From Dudresnaya verticillata (Eukaryota): 64,000 bases of DNA. The translations under genes were made by a program, and so were the position numbers. The notes under the pieces were generated by a model. The model worked only from the letters and a program-made list of their open reading frames with translations. It ran no database searches and had not been told where the DNA came from. Position 1 is the first letter of the stretch; every line of letters starts with the position of its first letter. The stretch lies in the NCBI GenBank assembly GCA_977862235.1, contig OZ374565.1:1426001-1490000 (forward strand), written 5' to 3'. Positions 59,801 through 64,000 of the stretch are shown here, piece after piece.

Positions 59801-62800
59801 TTCCGAGACGTTAGCCACCGCGACGATGATGTCGAAACGCACGCCGATGGCGACTTGTACCTAGCCGACGAACAACTCTCGATACCAATGTCGGCATTGC
59901 CGACAGACAGTTACGTCGAAGACGAAGGAGAAATGGACCCCGCCCTCGCCTTTGGGTGCTCGAACGTACCCGCGCCGCGCGTACCATATTCAGAATATGC
60001 CTCGCATGTTCACCGCGCAAGGCCCGGATGTCAGGACCGAGGGCCTCCTCTTCAAGACGTACGGCGACAACTTATTTGCCATCAGTGCTATGCGCGCGGC
60101 CACATTGCGCCGGAATGGTTCTTGCGAATGGGTGACTTCATGAAGGTCGTTGCCAACTACGAGGGCCTGACGGAGACTGAAAGGAACGGGGTACCCGCTG
60201 ATGCGTACCACCGTTTTAAGGAACAAGCCACGAAGGAAACAGCTCGTCGCGCCGCGCGTTCGTCATCGCCAAGGGCGGGACTTGCACCGCGTGCAGCCGA
60301 ACGCCATCCGACGATGCTAAACCGCTACATAGCGCAATCACCGCCGGAGACGAAAAACTAATGCGGGCACCGACTCCTGACACTGGGGTGTCACACCCAA
60401 ACGAGAGGCCCCCGCCTCGGGTGTTGACACGGAAGGAGGGCCCGAAAACACTTAAGGAAGACGCCGAAGGGCGAATAGAACCGTCGCAGACGTCACTGAA
60501 TCGCCAATGGCGTAGGTACCAGCCCCCGAAGGGGCGAGGACAGTTGTTCGTAATGGTCAAGCGAAATTATAAGGTGTACGCCGACCTGGGGACCTACCAC
60601 CAATACCTTGGCCCGTAAACTTACTATCCTCTACACCGGGGCTGGTCCTAACTTCATCCGTATTAATGAGATCCCGCTAGAAGCGCGTTACCATATTGTC
60701 GCCAAAAGTTTGCCCGTTATTTCAGACGCCAACAATAAGGCAATACAGACGCGCGGAACCCTTGACTCGAAGTCGCGAGGTTGAATTGGACGACGGGACC
60801 CGAGTCCCGATCACACGCCGTCCGCTTCGTCGACCGCCGTCGTACCCGCCGTTACCACCGGAGCAAGAGTACGGCCAAGCCGGAGGGAGGACTTCGCCCA
60901 AGATTCGTTCAACCGAACGTACCACCATCCCGCCTCAGGCGCAGAAGTGGGTCTCTGATACCACGGAACGTTCCGGAGTGATCACGATCCAGCCGTTTGG
61001 AACGATGTATGGTCGGCAAGGCATTCTCGTTACGAACGGGATTGCCCAGATGGGGCCGCTCAAAGCGTTCCGCATCCTAGTCGCCAACTTCTCGCCTCGG
61101 ACGCAAGCCCTCGCGAAAGGGCAGGTCGTTACCATGGCGTTACCACATCCAACAGCAGTGTTCCCCAGTCACATAAGTCTGGCCGATGTATTGCGTATCG
61201 CCGAAGACCAAGCGCAGGATGAGGAAGCCAAGCAAGACTTTCGTTTTAAAACGAACCATGGCGTCGCGGCAAAGCCGGACACTTTCGCTAAGTCTATCGA
61301 AGCGACGCTCGCCAAGCCTCCGTCAGTCGACGATTTGGACTTGATTCATCTGTCCGCTGAGCATCAAGGCCGGTTGAAGGAGATGCTGCGCCGCTATTCG
61401 TCAATGTGAGACGGCTCACTAGGAGAAATAGCGACCACGGAGCATTACATCGACTTACTCCCCGGCTCCCGCCCGATCTCTTCACCGCCGTATCGCGCTG
61501 GCCCGAAACAACGACAGCTCGCTCAAGCGGAGGTCGATCGCATGTTGCGTCAAGGGGTTATCGAACCCGCACAATTGTCACAATAAGACAACTGGCGACG
61601 CCCAAGGAGATTAATCGCCTTGGGCGTCGCCAGTCGTCTTCGCCCTGAAGAAGGATGGTACTCTTCGCTTTTGCGTTGATTATCGTCGACTGAACGCAGT
61701 AACCGTGCGGGATACGTACCCGTTACCACGGATTGACGAGTGCATCGACAGCCTAGGGGATACCAACGTCTTCACCACCCTAGACTGTAATAGTGGATAC
61801 TGGCAAGTGCCAATTGCTCCGCGGGATCGCGACAAGACAGCCTTCACGTGCCACGCCGGTCTCTTCCGCTATAAGCGTATGCCTTTTGGATTGACCAACG
61901 CCCCGGCCACGTTCCAACGAACTCTCGGCATATTACTCGCCGGGTATAAGTGGCGTTCGTGCCTCATCTATTTGGACGACGTTATTATCTTTTCGAAGGA
62001 CGTTGACACGCAGTTCCGTCACGTTGACGAGATTCTTTCAACTCTCCACCGGGTCGGGGTGACTTTAAAGTTGGCCAAGTGTGACTTCGTCACCCCGACT
62101 GTCAATTACCTGGGGCACGTGATACGTCCAGGGCGATTAGAAGTCGACCGAACGGTTACCGCCGCCTTACGCGAAGCCAAGAACCCTCGGGACCAGAAGG
62201 AGCTACGCAGCTTCCTCGGGTTGTGTAACGTCTATAGACGATTCTGTCGCGTTACGCGCATGTCGCGGCGCCCCTCAATAAGTTGCTCCGAAAGGAGCAA
62301 GAGTTCACACCACCGTCATTTGACGAAGTACAAGCGGCCGCGTTCGACACTCTCGTCAAGGCCGTAACCAGTCCGCCGGTATTGGCGCTACCGCAGCCCG
62401 GCTTGCAATACTCCGTCGATTTTGACGCCAGCGACTATCAAGTCGGATGCGCTCTTTTCCAGACGCAACCCACTGGGGAGCGGAAGCCGCTCGGTTTCTG
62501 GTCGCGTTCACGCACCGCTCCAGAGCGTAATTATTCCGTCTCCGAGAAGGAATACCTGGCAGTACTGTGGTCCGTTACAACGTTGCGTCCGTATCTCCAG
62601 ATGGAGTAGTTCACCGTACATACGGAACACTCGTCGCTGAGGTGGCTGATGGAAATCAGTGACCCCTCGGGACGTTTGATGAGATGGCGACTGCGTCTTT
62701 CGGAATTCGACTTCGTCGTTAAGTACAAGAAGGGTTACTCGAATACCCAGGCTGACGCCCTTTCACGTCTACAGACGAATGGTGAGACGGTTGAACCGAT

Positions 62801-64000
62801 CGACGACGATGTTCCGTGCTACCATGGGGAACACGTCGAGGACGATCCTCAGACGTCAACCGATGGTGTGACCGGCGCCGAAGGCGAAGTCGACTTCGTG
62901 GAAAGGGAATTCGAAGAGTTCGACCGGCTGCTCGTTGCCAACGCGCCTTCACCGGAAGAGGTGCTCCTACTTCTGGTGACGCACGAAGAACTGATCCATG
63001 CCCAAGCCAACGACGAGTACTGCACTGGAAATCGGAAGGGTCTCGATGACGGAGAGTCGATACCATTCGTGATGGACGAGCAAGGGCGACTCATACGAAC
63101 CGTGGAGGCCCGGTCACAGGTCCTTGTACCATTCGCGTTACGCGCACGCCCCCTGCACCTCAGCCATAACGCTAAATTAGCGGCACACCCCGGAGGGAGG
63201 AAGTTGTATCAGACTCTCCGATGCGAATTCTATTGGCCGTCCATAACGGTAGACTGTTACGCAACTGTTCGCAACTGCGTTACTTGCGCGAAGAACCGCG
63301 TCCTGCTATGAGAGAACGTGAAGGAGATGAAGCCGTTCCCGGCTACCGAGCCACTAGAGTTCGTTTGTATCGATATACTCGGAGAAATCATACGTACGAA
63401 ACGGGGAAACAAGTTCCTCCTTGTAATCATCGACCGCTTTTCGAAGCTGGTCAGGACGGTACCTTTGCGTAAAGTTACGGCTCTAGAAATCGCAAAAGCG
63501 TTCGTTCGACATTGGGTATTCGTGTATGGCCCGCCCAAGCACTTACTGTCAGATAATGGGCCGCAGGTTGTCGCCAAACTATTCCAGGACGTCTATCGTC
63601 TACTGGGTGTCGAGAAACTCTTCACCACGACGTATCACCCGCAGTGTAACGGACAGGTGGAACGGTTTAACCGAACGATACTCGCATCATTGCGTCATTA
63701 CGTGACGGACCATCCTCGCGATTGGGATATGTTCACGGACGCTTTGACTTTTGGTTACAACACGCAGATTCACTCGTCCAGGCAGTTATTGCCGTTCGAG
63801 CTGGTACTCTCCCGGCCACCACTCCCGTTGTCGCTCCAAGCAGAGCCGTCGCTGGAAAGCGCCCCCACCGGTGGCCAATACTACACGAAGTGGAGGGCCT
63901 GGCTGACCGCATTGATGAGCACCGCGACAGCGACCTTGGCGCAAACGCAAGGCCGCAATAAGCGAAACTTCGACGCCCGACTACGGAAGTGCGCCGAGAA
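56839..64000 (+). mobile_element. gypsy no. 3 (decayed): LTR about 56839-57672, PBS 57675-57693, gag-PR-RT-RH-IN running off the window end
   Basis: TGTGGCGCA...TGCACGACA, TGGTCTCCCGACCTAGAAG, CHQCYARGH, YLDD (61705-62367), AHPGGRK..CVTC, SDNGPQ; many stops, partial protease deletion. Confidence 0.9.
61585..61640. repeat. 56-bp palindrome from inverted duplication of RT coding sequence
   Basis: AAGACAACTGGCGACGCCCAAGGAGATT / AATCGCCTTGGGCGTCGCCAGTCGTCTT, 2 mismatches. Confidence 0.9.

Noticed and set aside
14696..64000. RIP-like hypermutation suggested by many TGG>TGA/TAG and CGA>TGA stops
   Set aside because: Transition-derived stops necessarily arise from these codons; no mutation-spectrum analysis is possible by eye, and LTR differences include transversions

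Overview
Eukaryotic, transposon-dense window with apparently intron-less genes. The gag/pol sequences and gene style suggest a florideophyte red alga (inference only). More than half of it is retroelement DNA. That includes a complete but mutated chromovirus-type Ty3/gypsy element (14262-19972, TSD AGTT) and a Ty1/copia element (34750-52451, TSD GCCGC) carrying a nested gypsy chromovirus (35398-46923, TSD CTGTC). It also includes three stacked plus-strand gypsy 5' ends (53.6-64 kb), an old gypsy relic at 1-1678, and several decayed CRE/R2-type (RLE-endonuclease) non-LTR fragments. The few host genes, all between 5 and 30 kb, look like a defence/secreted-protein island. They are three paralogous secreted cationic Cys-rich two-domain peptides, a multi-pass membrane protein with a HET/TIR-like domain that keeps the candidate catalytic Glu, a secreted three-repeat Kazal-like protein knocked out by the gypsy insertion, and a basic protein whose PP1-docking RVxF motif lies just beyond a probable premature stop. 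All calls were made by eye; no database search was run.
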